Part shown: piece after piece, positions 40,171 to 55,848 of the stretch | Position numbering within the stretch: position 1 is the first letter of the stretch | Layout: each line of letters starts with the position of its first letter | Assembly: GCA_951406725.2 (NCBI GenBank) | Contig: OX597829.1 | Span: 2,418,001-2,482,000, forward strand | Direction: 5' to 3' | Source of the DNA: Octopus vulgaris | Taxonomy: Eukaryota | DNA: 64,000 bases | Notes under the pieces: generated by a model | What the model was told of the DNA's origin: nothing | The model's input: the letters and a program-made list of their open reading frames with translations, nothing else | Databases searched by the model: none | Program-made: the position numbers and the translations under genes

Positions 40171-42764
40171 TTGTGTGTCTGTCCCCCTAGCATTGCTTGA
40201 CAACCGATGCTGGCGTGTTTATGTCCCCGTAACTTAGCAGTTTGGCAAAAGTGACCGATAGAATAAGTACTAGGCTTACAAAGAATAAGTCTCAGGGCCG
40301 ATTTGCTCGACTAAAGGCGGTGCTCCAGCATGACCGCAGTCAAATGACTGAAACAAGTAAAAATAAAAGAAAAAAAAAAGAAGCTTCAAGAGACCTGAAA
40401 TAATTCATTTTCAGTTTTATAACTCAGACAAGGTAAAGCTGTGTTTTATGATACGTCATCCTGTGATACAGCAGGGCACATCATTTCATCATTGCATCTT
40501 TGAGTCATCAAGTGTTTCAGGTTTTTCAACAGATGCTCTCACCCAGAGACCCAGGTGGGGGGGGGGGGGGTTGATCGAGCCCATAGCTTGTTCCCAAGTA
40601 ATACTGCCCCTTCCAGGGCTCACCCCTCCTGAAGAATGTGAAAAGAAGTGCCACTCCCAAACAGTTGAAGGAATCCTGGGTATAGGTAGACCCAGGAAGA
40701 CATGGGATGAGGTGGTCAAGCATGACCTTCGAACGTTGGGCCTCACAGAGGCAATGACGAAAGACCGAGATCTCTGGAGACATGCTGTGACTGCAAAAAC
40801 CTGACAAATAGCGTGAGTTCATGGCTGTTTCCTGCACCAGTTTCACAGAGCAGCGCTAGCCCATCCAAAGTACCTTGAGGTAACTTCTGCTGCTGTGATC
40901 TAGCAGAATCATTACTGCATCAGACAAAATGCTCAGTGACACTTCTTCCAGATTTATGTCACTAAGGTCAACTTCACCTTTCATCCTTTTGGGAGCAATA
41001 AAATAAATATCAGTTATGTACTGGGGTTAATGTAATTGTCTCTTTGTCCCTACAGTAGAAAGAAAGGAAGAAGTAAGAATGTTCCACAGAACATAAACTA
41101 GTGACCAGTGATATCAGGATAATACCTATTTCTTTACTACCCACAAGGGGCTAAACACAGAGAGGACAAACAAGGACAGACACACGGATTAAGTCGATTA
41201 CGTCGACCCCAGTGTGTAACTGGTACTTATTTAATCGACTCCGAAAGGATGAAAGGCAAAGTCGACCCCGGCAGAATTTGAACTCAGAACGTAATGGCAA
41301 ACGAAATACCGCTAAGCATTTCGCCCGGCATGCTAACAATTCGGCCAGCTCATCGCCATAACAGTATAATACCAACACGTCCAGAAGACAATTCCGATAA
41401 GGAACTGATGGAAGCTGAATGATTCCTCAAAGAGAGGTTTAGAAAAATACTGGTTGGCACAATCGAGGGGAGAGAAGGGGAGGAAATGGAGATTTATAAA
41501 ACGGAAGATAACAGGTGCTGGGGTAGGGGTTGTGTACATGAGAAACTCTTTTACTCTTCACTCTTTTACTTGCTTCAATCATTTTGACTGCAGCCATGCT
41601 GGGGCACCACCCTTAGTCGAGCAAATCGACCCCAAGACTTATTCTTTGTAAGCCTAGTAGTTATTTTATTGGTCTCTTTTGTCGAACCACTAAGTGACGG
41701 GGACGTAAACACACCAGCATCGGTTGTCAAGCGATGTTGGGGGGGGACACACAAACACACCACACACATACACACACACACATATATATATACATATATA
41801 CGACGGGCTTCTTTCAGTTTCCATCTACCAAATCCACTCACAAGGCTTTGGTCGGCCCGAGGCTATAGTAAAAGACACTTGCCCAAGGTGCCACACAGTG
41901 GGACTGAACCCGGAACCATGTGGTTGGTAAGCAAGCTACTTACCACTGTTGATAACACTAGAAAGACTGAATCTGTAGATGGAGCAAGGTAACATATGTA
42001 AAAAAAAAGGGTAGCAAATACACACAGAGGCAAATATATATGAACATATGTATTTATACACATATATAGAGAGGTAGGCAGAGAGAGACAGACAGACACA
42101 ATATGGCCAAATGGCTAGGAAGTTTGTTTGCACTCATGAGATCTGGGTTTCTTCCAACTGCATTGCAACTTGGACATGTGCCAGTTTCTATAGCCATGAA
42201 GCAAGTTTGGGCACACACACACAGATATATACATACGGATATTTGTGTAAGTATACATGCGTATATGTACAAGTTTGTATGTTTGGTGTGTGTGTGTGTG
42301 TGTATAGGCACAGGTATGGCTGTGTGGTAATAAACTTGTTTCCCAGCCTCATGGTTCCGGGTTCAGTCCCACTGTGTGGCACTTTGGGCAAGTGTCTTCT
42401 ACTACAGCCTTAAGCTAATCAAAGCCTTGTGAGTGAATTTGGTAGACAGAAACTGAAAGAAGCCCATCGTATATATACATGAGTGTGTGTGTGTGTATCT
42501 TTGTGTCTGTGTTTGTCCCCCACCACCACCACTTTACAACCAGTGTTGGTGTGTTTACATCCCCCATAACTTGGTGATTTGGCTAAAGTGTCTGACAGAA
42601 TAAGTATTGGGGTTTATTCATTTAACTAAAAATTTACAGTGGTATCCCAGCATGGGCACAGTCTAATGACCAAAACAAGTAAAAGATACATATATATATA
42701 AATACACACACACACACATATATATGTGCATACATATACAAGTATAAACAAATATATATGTGTA

Positions 42765-43945
42765 TTGTGCAGACGCATAAGAGGTGCAGCAACATCAAAG
42801 GAAAATTTACCAAGAAGATAGCTTTCGTATGCGGCAGATGCACAGGGGCAATAGACACCACAGATGCTCAGAAAACAGATTCCATCACACTACTGGAGGA
42901 GAAACTAGAAGTAGTTGATAGCTTTCGCTACCTAGGTGACTAAGTTAGTAGTGGAGGTGGATGCTCAGAGAGTGTCACCACTAGGAATACAAATAGCCTG
43001 GGCAAAGTTTAGAAAGCTTCTATCCCTACTGGTGACAAAGGGTCTCTCACTCAGAGTGAAAGACAGATTGTATGACGCATGTGTGTGAAATGCCATGCTT
43101 CACAGTAGTGAAACATGGGCTGTGACTGCAGAGGACATGTGTAGGCTTGAAAGAAATGAAGCTAGTATTATCCGCTGGATGTGTAATGTCAGTGTGCACA
43201 CATGACAGAATGTAAGTGCCCTGAGAGAAATACTGGACATAAGAAGCATTGAATGTGGCATGCAAGAGATACGTCTGCGCTGGTATGGTCAGGTACTATG
43301 GATGGGTGAGGAGAGATGTGTGAAGAAGAATTGGGATGAGGTGGTCAAGCATGACCTTCAAAAGTTGGGCCTCACAGAGGCAATGAGGAAAGACCGAGAT
43401 CTCTGGAGATATGCTGTGACTACAAAGACCCGACAAATCACGTGAGTTTATGGCTGTTTCCTGCACCAGTTTCGCATAGCCCCAGCCCATCCAAAGTACC
43501 TTGGATCGCAGAACGACCTGCTGTGCTTACCTTGGATCGTAGGGTGACCTGCTGTGCTTGAGGAGACCTATTGAGTCAAGTACATCAACATCAAAATAAA
43601 AATCAAATGGAAATTGTAGTTGTGATACCTGTGCCAGTGGCACGTAAAAAGCACTATCCGAACGTGGCCAATGCCAGCGCCTCTTTGACAGGTTTCAGTG
43701 CCGGTGGCACATATAAAGCACCAACCAATCGTGGCCAGTGCCAGCCTCCCCTGGCACTTGTGCCAGTGGCACGTAAAAAGCACCCACTATACTCTCGGAG
43801 TGGTTGGCGTTAGGAAGGGCATCCAGCTGTAGAAACTCTGCCAGATCAAGATTGGAGCCTGGTGCAGCCTCCATGGCTTACCAGACCCCGGTTGAACCGT
43901 CTAACCCATGCTAGCATGAAAAACAGACATTAAATGATGATGATG

Positions 43946-43948
<3 letters not shown>
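42765..43948 (+). mobile_element. 5'-truncated RTE-type LINE: ORF C-terminus plus complete 3' UTR and (ATG)n tail
   Basis: THKRCSNIKGK...LEVVDSFRYLGD, RLRWYGQVLWM and WDEVVKHDL...DRDLWRYAV, contiguous with the family C sequence. Confidence 0.85.
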
Positions 43949-44035
<87 letters not shown>

Positions 44036-44072
44036 ATACATACACACACATATATATATGTATGTATGTATA

Positions 44073-44104
<32 letters not shown>

Positions 44105-44194
44105 CATACATACACACATATATATATATGTATGTATGTGTATATATATATATATATATATATACATACATACACACATATATATATATGTATG

Positions 44195-44237
<43 letters not shown>

Positions 44238-44487
44238 GGAACAAAAATTAAATAGAGGGCATTCAAACCGTCCAATCCATGCCAGCATGGAAAGTAGACG
44301 TTAAATGATGATGATGATGCACGTATGTATGTGTGTGTGTCATGATCATCATCATTTAAAGTTCACTTTCTATGCTGCCATGGGTTGGATGGTTTGACAG
44401 GAGCTGCTGAGCAGAAGACTGCATCATGCTTCAATGTCTGTTTCGGTATGGTTTCCATGGCCTGATGCATTTATTTATATATTTATT

Positions 44488-44536
<49 letters not shown>

Positions 44537-45492
44537 AAGTTAATCCAAACAAGAAAACAAAAAGACAACAACGCAAGGATGTGGAACAAATAAAGTATTA
44601 TTGGACGCTCAGGAAAGAAGGGAAGAAGAAGTTCAGTGGATTTCTGGTAATGTCTGATCTCTCAAAGAGCTACGGTACCAGGCCTATACATACACATATA
44701 TATATGTATGTGTGTATGTATATATGTGATCACCATGACCGACCAGGCTATCAGATGTTACTGCACATCACTGGTCACAATGGACTTCACATTGTTTTAG
44801 CCTTCAAATGACACCACCCAGCTAGTTAAGCGAGCAGGCTAACAGAAGAAAGAGGGAAAGTTGTAGTGAAAGAGTACAGCAGAGATCGCCACCATCCCCT
44901 GCCATAGCCGCGTGGAGCTTTTTAGGTGTTTTCACTCAATAAACACTCACAACGATCAGTCTGGGAATCGAGACCTCTGGAGATATGCTGTGACTGCGAA
45001 GACCCAACAAATAATGTGAGTTCATGGCTGTTTCCTGCACCAGCTTCACTCAGAAGCCCCAGCCCATCCAAAGTACCTTGGATCGCAGGATGGCCTGCTG
45101 TGCTTGAGGAGACCTATTGAATCAAATACATCAAATGGAAATTGTAGTTGTGATACCTGTGCCGGTGGCACGTAAAGAGCCCCATCTGAATGTGGCCGAT
45201 GCCAGCATCGCCTTGACTGGCATGTAAAAAGCACCATCTACACGTGGCTGATGCTAGCGCCGCTAACCGATCATGGCCGTTGCCAGCCTCCTCTGGCACC
45301 TGTGCCGATGGAATGTAAAAAGCATCCACTACACTCACGGAGTGGTTGGCAGTAGGAAGGGCATCCAGCTGTAGAAACGCTGCCAGATCAGATTGGAGCC
45401 TGGTGCAGCTTCCTGGCTTCCCAGACCCCAGTCGAACCGCCAACCAATGCTAGCATGGAAAACGGACGTTAAACGATGAAGATGACACATAC

Positions 45493-45569
<77 letters not shown>

Positions 45570-48500
45570 TATAAAAACTCCTTTCCATCTACAAAATTTG
45601 CTTACAGTATATTGCTCACTTCTGGCCTTCATCTACCCAGAGTACTGTACCATAGGTTGCAAGGGAAACTCCATCACCACACAGTCATGCCCGCACCTAT
45701 ACAGATACATAGATGTGTGTGTGTGTGTATGAGAGAGAGATATGTATACATCCATATATATACATATATATATATATATCTGTCGGTGGCACATAAAAAC
45801 ACCATCCGAGCGTGGCCGTTCGCCAGCCTCGTCTGGCACCTGTGTCGGTGGCACATAAAATCACCCACTACACTCTCGGAGTGGTTGGCGTTAGGAAGGG
45901 CATCCAGCTGTAGAAACACTGCCAGATCTGACTGGGCCTGGTGCAGCCTTCGGGCTCCCCAGACCCCAGTTGAACCGTCCAACCCATGCTAGCATGGAAA
46001 GCGGACGCTAAATGATGAATGATGATGATGATGATGATCGTTCGTGATGCATGTTCAATATATATATATATATATATATATTTATTAAATAATAAATAAT
46101 ATATATATATATATATCCAAACTGACTCTTTCCCTAATTAGTTGGGCTTTGACCCTCTCTGTGACCTTCATTACCTGATCCAAGAGCTTGATACCTCTGT
46201 AATTATTTGTATCACCTTTTCCTTTGTAGCAGTTGACTATGGTGCTGCTACACCAGTCATTTGGTATGATGATGATGATGTATGGTTATATGGTTACAGG
46301 ACATCACCAATGGTGCAAATAACATGAGATATGTAAACAAATGAGGGGAAAATGAGTGGAATACGTAAACAACGAGAAAAAATGGAAAACAGGATGAGTT
46401 AACATAGAGAAAGGACCCTTCATCAGTTGTTAGCTGTCTGTCTAATCCTCATTTCAAGCATTTAACAACAATATGAGTCTACAAAGATAGTTGATCCCAT
46501 AAATTCTAAAATAAAATTTAGGATTTATGGAGGGTCATGGTTGGGAACAAAAAAAATGACAGTGGAGACATGCAAGGAAGCTGAACGTAAACAAACGTGG
46601 AGGGTCGTTAGAACAGAACGAGAGGAAAACATTGAACGCTGGGAGAAACATTCCTTTTTTTGAAAAAAGAAAAGTTAAAAGAGAGAGAGAAATACATACA
46701 TATATATATACAATAAATATATATATTATACAATAAATATATATATATAAAGTTAATCCAAACAAGAAAGCACAAAAAAAACACAACGCAAGGTCGTGGA
46801 ACAAGTATAGTATTATTGGATGCTCAGGAAGGAAGGGAAGAAGGAGGGTTTAAAGTTTCGAGCAGAGCTCTTCGTCGGAAACATAGGAGAAGGAAAGATC
46901 CAGAGAAGGGAAGACAGAGGGAAAAAAAAAAATCGTCAATGGTACACACGAGGTCACATTTGGCTGCGTGGTTCAGAACCTTACTTGTCAACTATGTAGT
47001 CACAGGTTGAGTGTCACCAGACAGCAGGTACAAACATGACAGTCTAGTAAAGGAATGTCACTTCCTGTTTTGTTCGTGTGTACATATGTACAACGTATGG
47101 TATGCGTGTTACACTTGTCCTGACATCCTGTGATGCTTGAGTGAGTACCAGTCATGTAAATAATGTTGCTCAATTCCAATCCTTCATGTCTGACCATGGG
47201 AAAATATTATCAGGTGAGGGTCAGTGACTGGAAGGGCATCCAACTGTAGAAAATCAATTAGACCCATGCAAACAATAGATTTATGATATATATATATATA
47301 TATATATATACGTGTGTGTGTGTAGATATAAAAATACATAAATGCAGGTTTTACCCAGATATATATTCTTTCATTTTTTTACTTGTATCAGTCATTTGAA
47401 TGCACCCATGCTGGAGCACTGACTTAAAGAGTTTTAGTCGAAGAAATCAACCCCAGGACTTATTCTTTGTAAGCCTAGTACTTACTCTATCGGTCTATTT
47501 TGTTGAACTGCTAAGCTACGGGGACATAAATACATCAACATTGGTTGTTAGGCGATGGTGGGGGAAAAAACATGGACTCAAAGACACACACAAACACACA
47601 CACATCATCATCGTTTAATGTCCGTTTTCCATGCTAGCATGGGTTGGACGGTTCGACCGGGGTCTGGGAAGCCAGGAGGCTGCACCAGGCTCCAGTCTGA
47701 TCTGGCAGTGCTTCTACAGCTGGATGCCCTTCCTAACGCCAACCACTCCGTGAGTGTAGTGGATGCTTTTTACGTGTCACCGGTACAGGTGCCAAGGGAG
47801 GCTGGCAGTGGCCACGATCGGTTGGTGCTTTTTACGTGCCACCAGCAACATATATATATATAGCACTTAGCTTCCTTATTTGGGAGCCTTTTATTATATT
47901 TCTATATGAATAATATTTTTCTATATGAATAATATTTTGTCTAATGACTAATTCGTCTTTGTGCCAGGCCACTGGTAATAATAACCTACGTTATTACCCT
48001 TTTTGATTATATATATATATATATATATATACAATGGGCTTCTTTCAGTTTCCATGTACCAAATCCACTCATAAAGCTTTGGCCAGCCAGCGTCTATTGC
48101 AGAAGACACGCGAGGTGTCACGTAGTGGGACAGAACCCAGAACCATGTGGTTGGGAAGCAAGCTTCTTACCACACAGCTCCACTCTCTTGTGATCAAGCA
48201 GGGGCACTGCATTGTAGGATTTAGCCAAACAAATATCAATGCCAGTACTTATTTATTTTATGATTCATGCTTATTTTGTCAGTCTCTTTTGCCAAACTGC
48301 TCAGTTGGCAAACAAAGCAACATCAGTTGTGAAGCATGCTGGGCGTAAACAGGAAGCGAGCTGGCAGAAACATTAGCAGGCTAAGCGAAATACACGGTGG
48401 TTAGTATTTCATCTGTCTTTGCATTCTGAGTTCAAATTCTGCCAAAGTTGACTTAGCCTTTCATCCTTTCAGAGTCAATAAATTAAGTACCAGCTGTGTA

Positions 48501-48903
48501 CGGGGATCGATCTAATTGACTGGCCCCCTCCCCACCAAATTTCAGGCCTTGTACCTAGAGCAGAAAAGAATGCTAGAGATAAACAGAAACACACACACAC
48601 ACACATATATCATCATCATCGTTTAACGTCCGCCTTCCATGCTAGCATGGGTTGGACGATTTTGACTGAGGGCTGGTGAACCAGACTGCTGCACTAGGCC
48701 CCAGTCTTGATCTGGCCGTGTTTCTACAGCTAGATGCCCTTCCTAACGCCAACCACTCCGAGAGTGTAGTGAGTGCTTTTTACGTGCCAATGGCACGGGG
48801 GCCAGTCAGGCGGCACTGGCAATGACCTCGCTCGAATCCTTTTACACATGCCACCAGCACAGGTGCCAGTAAGGCGACTTTGGTAACAATCACGCTTGAA
48901 TGG

Positions 48904-48935
<32 letters not shown>

Positions 48936-50100
48936 CACAAGTTTCAGTATACTAAATCCACTAACAAGCATTTGGTCAGCCAAGCATTAGAGAAGGTACT
49001 TGCCCAAAGGGTCATACAGTGAGGCTGAATCTGGGACAATGTGAAGGCATAAGGATAACATATCCGTGACTCACAAGTGGGTAAAACCTGGTGACATGTA
49101 TCATGCTGTCACAAACTGTTTCGGCTGTTTGCACAGTCCAAAGCAAGGATGGACACTCTTGTAGACCTTCCACCCAGGATGTGATAGCTGGAGCTAGGGC
49201 AGTACCAGCACACTCATTTTGTACTTGAAGTACCCTGAAATGAAGTACCTTCATCGTGTTACCTGACCTATGGTTGATTTTACTTCCAAAGGATCATTAG
49301 ATCCCAAACTCTAATCACTAGGCTATTTGGGTATTTGTGAACATCATCATCATCATCATTTTTTAACGTCCGTTTTCCATTTTGAAATGGGTTGAATGGT
49401 TTAGCCAGAGCTGGCAAACTGAGGAGCTGACCCAGGTCCTAACTGTCTGTTTTGGTAATGCTTTTTCTACAGCTGGATGCCCTTTCTAACGTCAACCACT
49501 TTACATAAGAAAAAGAAATATTTACGTAGCCACTGAAATGGTTTGAAAGCCTCTTGTGTGTGTGTGTGTATAAATGTACGTGTTTGTATACAGAGATTTA
49601 ATTGTGTGTGTGTGTGGATTTATACGTGTAGATATGGTTACTTTTATGTATGTTCAAAACAACCTCTCGTGTAACACACACATATTATGTCGTGTGTACA
49701 ACAGCTAAAAGGAAAAGCAGAACAATCATTCTTGAATATTAATGGTAAACAGATACGGCATCGGCGGTGGTGGTGGTGGTGGTGGTAGTAGTACACACGC
49801 TATTGCACACATTACCAACAAAAGTGTGTCTACATGCTCGCTTGACCAGCTAGAAATAGCAGTCAAATACCCTCCCCCCCCATCCCTATCACGCACACTA
49901 ATCTTATATATATATATCATTGTAATAGTAAAATAACGCATTGGAAAATGCAATTCTAAACGTGATAAGAAGAAAAAAATAAACGGGATGGTCACGGCTA
50001 AAACGTACTTGATCAAAAAGATATGTGAGCAAACCTGGGGCTTAAACAATAACAACAGCAGCAATTTGTATTTTGATTTCCCTGAATACAATATAATATC

Positions 50101-50134
<34 letters not shown>

Positions 50135-50961
50135 TTATTTATTTATTTATTTACACACGCACACACGTACGGCATGGAGATGGAACGAAAATTAAAAGAC
50201 AGGAAGAATATTGAGGAAGGAAAATGTGATATTTACGTAGCCATTGAAATGGTATGAAAGATTCTAGTAAAACTGAGGAATATGGTTTAATCACGGTCAA
50301 ATGATGATGACGATAGAAAAGCCAGAAGAGGCGACTTAAATGAAAAGAAATGACAGAAAACGATAGAAACAGCCTCTCTCTCTGTGAATGTGTGAAGATA
50401 TCAATTATAACAGGAACGGTATTAAAAGACGGGTAATCCTTAAGTTTTTGTTATAAAAACCTAAAGACCATTCCCAACTTAATATCAAAATATTTTTTAA
50501 GATATTCAAAATAAATTAAATATTTATTTCTTTTTGATAAATTGTTAGATAAGTTACGAAAATCATCTTTCATAATTACTTGATTGTCGATTATAGAGAA
50601 TGACAATTCGGAATGTAATTTCTTTCAATTACTTTTAGATTAAATATTGTTTTTCTTTCCTTTTAAAAAATTTCCTTATTCGATTTTGTTATTTTTATGA
50701 AAATGAAATAGAAAATTTTTTTTTTTTTAATATCTGCTACCTGTATATAAAATGTAACGGTCTTTTTATTATGGGTCTAAGATTTTGTAATTAAAACTTA
50801 AGGTCTACCGAAAAAGAGAAGCACACGAGATAGAGTGAGCGAGCGAGGACGTGTTGTGTAGAAATAATGGTTTAAAAATGTAATTAAACAAATTTTAAAC
50901 GGGAATTAAACGAAACTATATGAATACACAGAGAGAGAAAGAGAGGTTATATATGTATGTG

Positions 50962-51017
<56 letters not shown>

Positions 51018-51127
51018 ATTTATCTGTAATATATATGTGTAATATTCATCGACATCTATAAACACCGGATATAATTCATGTGTATAGATAGAAAGACAGA
51101 CAGACAGATATATAGAAAGATAAATAG

Positions 51128-51297
<170 letters not shown>

Positions 51298-51437
51298 TAA
51301 ATAAATAGACAGTACTCAATATATATGGCAATGTAACAAGAACCAACTCAAATAATAACAAAAATAAGGAATCAGGCATAAAATTACATACCTGATATTT
51401 CCGAAGCTATCCAAGACCGTTTTATGGTTTGTTACAA

Positions 51438-51470
<33 letters not shown>

Positions 51471-51795
51471 TGGTTCACTACCAAGCAAATAAAATTAAGA
51501 ACATTTTAATCACCCGGTGCTCGCTTCGTTCTCGTTTTTTCACTTCATAATTTGTTTGGAAATTGACTTATAATAATAATTTTATTATTATTATTGTATG
51601 ATTAGGCTTTTTTTTTTTGCTTTTTTTGTTTTTGTATATGTGCAGTCCGTTGTTGTTGTTGTTGTTGTTATTTGTGTGGTACGGGGAGGGGGGGAGTGAG
51701 ATTTTTGTTGTTGTTGTTGTTTTAGTTATGACTTAATAATAAATATATTTTTCTGTTTGCATATTTACCTCAATCCCACAGCCGAAACTACAACG

Positions 51796-51828
<33 letters not shown>

Positions 51829-52905
51829 GTAACTATCACTACTACTACTACTGCTGCTAGTACTGCTACTGCTGATATATATGCTCGCCGCTTCTATAAA
51901 TACGACTCACAACTTATGGGCACTGGCTGATACCACCACCATCATCACCGCTACCACCACCACCACCACCACCACTACTACTATTACTCCTGTTGCTGCT
52001 GCTGCTGCTTTTTGTGCTGCTGCTGCTCCTCCTTCAACGAAGAAGGATTCTCCTCGTGGTCACTCGACTTGGTGGAAATAACAACCAAATCTCCCTCAGC
52101 CCTTATCCTTCCGTCAAAAAAGGACACATGCAATAACGTAGTCCGGGTAATATTCTGATTAAAACAGATAAAAGATAAAGACATGATGGTCACGATAGGA
52201 ATGTCTTTGATCCATGGGTCTGCTCAATTAGAGGCTGGTCTGAAACTAAACAATATATTTAAGTAGTATTGTTGTTTATAACACTGCATCAACATATTTC
52301 TACATAAACCATAGGTTAGCTCCATGTGGCCAGTCATCTTGCTAGAAATGGCAGCTAAATGTCCCTTTAAATCACATACTGCCGTCATAAATAGAAGGGT
52401 ATACTGATTAATAATGTCGATGTCTTTTATTAGTAGTAAACCTGGCAAAACAAAAGGAAAAAGAGGTGGCTTGGTCACGGTTGGAATAGCCTTTGATTAT
52501 AATTCTAGCCAATGACGGTTGAACAGCGATTAAATAAACACAACCACGAACCTCCAGGTGGTCGTTCTATTTTCTAGAAAGTGCAGCTAAAAATCTTCGA
52601 ATCGCGTCTCAGTCGTTATTTTATAGAAGGAAGGACAAACCAGATAAGGTGAGCCCTGAACCTGTATGAAGAAAAGAAGGACAGAAATAGAATCGTCATG
52701 GTTCTAATTGTAAAGTACATTGATCATGTTTCCTTGCCTTTGATGATGTTTACATGCTTGACCTAGGGCTAAACAGCTTCTACTGCTGACAATGTTTACA
52801 ATAACAGAAACATCCTAACCATTCATTAAAGTTAATCGGCTCCACTCGCGGTTATAACAACTCTCCTCTCCCCTTCACTCTCTCTCTCATTATTTCTTTC
52901 TCTCT

Positions 52906-52950
<45 letters not shown>

Positions 52951-53552
52951 GAATATAGATATGTATGTATGTATGTACGTTTGTATGTATGTGTGTATGT
53001 ATGTACGTATGTATGTATGTATGTATGTATGTATGTATGTATGTATGTATGTATATGTGTATGTATGTATGTATATATATGTATGCATGTATGTATATGT
53101 GTATGTATGTATGCATATATATATGTATTACTCTTTTACTTGTTTCAGTCATTTGACTGCGGCCATGCTGGAGCACCGCCTTTAGTCGAGCAAATCGACC
53201 CCGGGACTTATTCTTTGTAAGCCCAGTACTTATTCTATCGGTCTCTTTTGCCGAACCGCTAAGTGACGGGGTCGTAAACACACCAGCATCGGTTGTCAAG
53301 CAATGCTAGGGGGACAAACACACACACACATACACATATATACGACAGGCTTCTTTCAGTTTCCGTCTACCAAATCCACTCACAAGGCTCTGGCCGACCC
53401 GAGGCTATAGTAGAAGACACTTGCCCAAGATGCCACGCAATGGGACTGAACCCGGAACCATGTGGTTCGTAAGCAAGCTACTTACCACACAGCCACTCCT
53501 AGAAACATACATACATACATACATACATATAATATATATATATATATATATA

Positions 53553-53616
<64 letters not shown>

Positions 53617-53653
53617 AAAAAAGGTTTGAAAATGCAATTTAAACGATGTTTAT

Positions 53654-53698
53654 TTACTTAACCGGTTTCACTCTTTGGTAAAAGATTGTCAAAAGTAA
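53654..53698 (-). ncRNA. pLTR hammerhead ribozyme, U3-A8 core variant
   Basis: TTACTT TTGACAA TCTTT-TACC-AAAGA GT GAAA CCGG TT AAGTAA, with palindromic stem III ACCGGT. Confidence 0.6.
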
Positions 53699-55059
53699 CA
53701 TTGAATAATATGGGTTCAAAAAGTTTTACATAATTGTCACATTGGATATTATGCATTCAAAAAAGTTTTTTACATAATTGTCACATTGGATATTATGAAT
53801 TCAAAAATGTTTTTTTATACAAAATTGTCACATTACATGTATAAATATAGTGTTTGGTAACAGAGAAGTTCAATAGTGTGATGAGAATATTTGGAAAAAT
53901 TGGCAGAAAAGGATAGAACAAATATATTATTGGAAATTTGGTTGCGTTAATTATTGGTTGTCGCAAATTGTCACATTACATGTATATATATACAGTCTTT
54001 GGTATATATATACAATCTTTTGACAGCAAAAATTAAAATGGATTTTTTATACATCTCAGAATATTTTAAGTTGAAGGCGAGAATATGTTGTTACTGACCT
54101 GTTTGTTTTAGCAGAAAGGTTGAATTGAGAGAAAAAAGGTTGTACCCAGTGTGGTGTATACTTCCCCTTCAAGCATCAATGGTTTTGGGGTTATCAGGAG
54201 GTTAGTATGTGGGTGTGAATAGATGTGTCCGTGCCTGCTGGTCAAGCAGCGTCTGCTTGTCACACACATATATACACACACACACACACACACAACAACA
54301 CACACACACACACACACACATAGTATACAAACACACACCACATACACACAATACACACAGAACACACACACACACAACGCACCCACATATATAATATATA
54401 CACACAACACACAAATATAACATGTATTTATATATAATATACACACATGTATATAACACACATACACACACAACACACACACACACACACACACACACAA
54501 CACACGCACACATCCATACATAATATAAATATCACACAAATACACCTAGCATATATATACACATACAATATACACATACAGCATGTATATAATACACATA
54601 CACAATATATGCATGCAATATACGTACGCAATACATACATATAATATATATATATATAGACAATGCATATACATATATACATGTATACATATAAATAGTG
54701 TTTACATACACATACATAGATATACCACATATACACACAATATACATACATACAATGCATACACATACACGTACATACATATAATATATATAAACACACA
54801 CACACATAACATACATACACAATGCATACATATATATACACGCAATGCATATACATGTATTCATGCACATATGGCACACCTACAATATACATATATATAA
54901 TGCACACATACACACACATATATACACTTAATTGTACACATACATATACAATACACATACATACAATATACATATACACAATGCGCATGCAAATAATGCA
55001 CATGTTTATACACGCATAAACATGCAAATAAATATACACACACACACATATACATACAC

Positions 55060-55090
<31 letters not shown>

Positions 55091-55306
55091 CATATACATA
55101 CATACATACATGCACATACATATATTTTTTCACACATATACACACACATATATATATATAAAATTCACACACACACCCACACACACAAATTACAAACCTA
55201 TAGCGTACACACTCAAATATATCTCTACATACCGCACACACACACAAACAATGTACTCACATATACACACATACCATGCATATACACACACAACACTCAC
55301 AACTAA

Positions 55307-55848
55307 ATTCCACAACTAAATCAAGACCCACGCCTGAAAAAAATACTGGCAGCTCATAAAATAATAAAAAGTAAGAGACAACCTAAATCCCTAAAAACCT
55401 CCTCACCAACGCAAAATTACACAACACAAACCCACCGCCCACCATCAAAAAATGTGGTCGCCCCAACTGCAAGACCTGCATCCACCTCATTGAGGGATCG
55501 TCGTACAAGTTCCACTCGGGACACACATTCATCATAAAAAATAATTTCACGTGCGCATCAAAAAATTTACTCTACGTCATAAGGTGTGAAGGATGCCACG
55601 AAGACTACATAGGGCAAACGAGCCTTACCCTCAGAGAAAGAATGACAGTTCACCGACAACAACTGAGGGACCCCTCCACAAGACAGATACCACTAAGTGG
55701 ACACTTAGACCTTTGTGCACACAATAAGTCCCCCAAATTCTTAGTCTTCCCACTATACCAATGCTCGGACAACACCACAGACCAAACACGAATAAATAAG
55801 GAAAGTAATCTTATTCAAAAATACAGACCACAACTAAACATACTCTAA
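55307..55848 (+). pseudogene. Inverted duplicate of the PLE GIY-YIG endonuclease region with the intact C-terminus
   Basis: Reverse complement of 56845-57349. Ends ...KESNLIQKYRPQLNIL*. Confidence 0.9.

Noticed and set aside
51517-51528. gtgctcgcttcg, identical to the vertebrate U6 5' end
   Set aside because: Only 12 nt match with no continuation, and the U6 copy in this window implies a different 5' stem.
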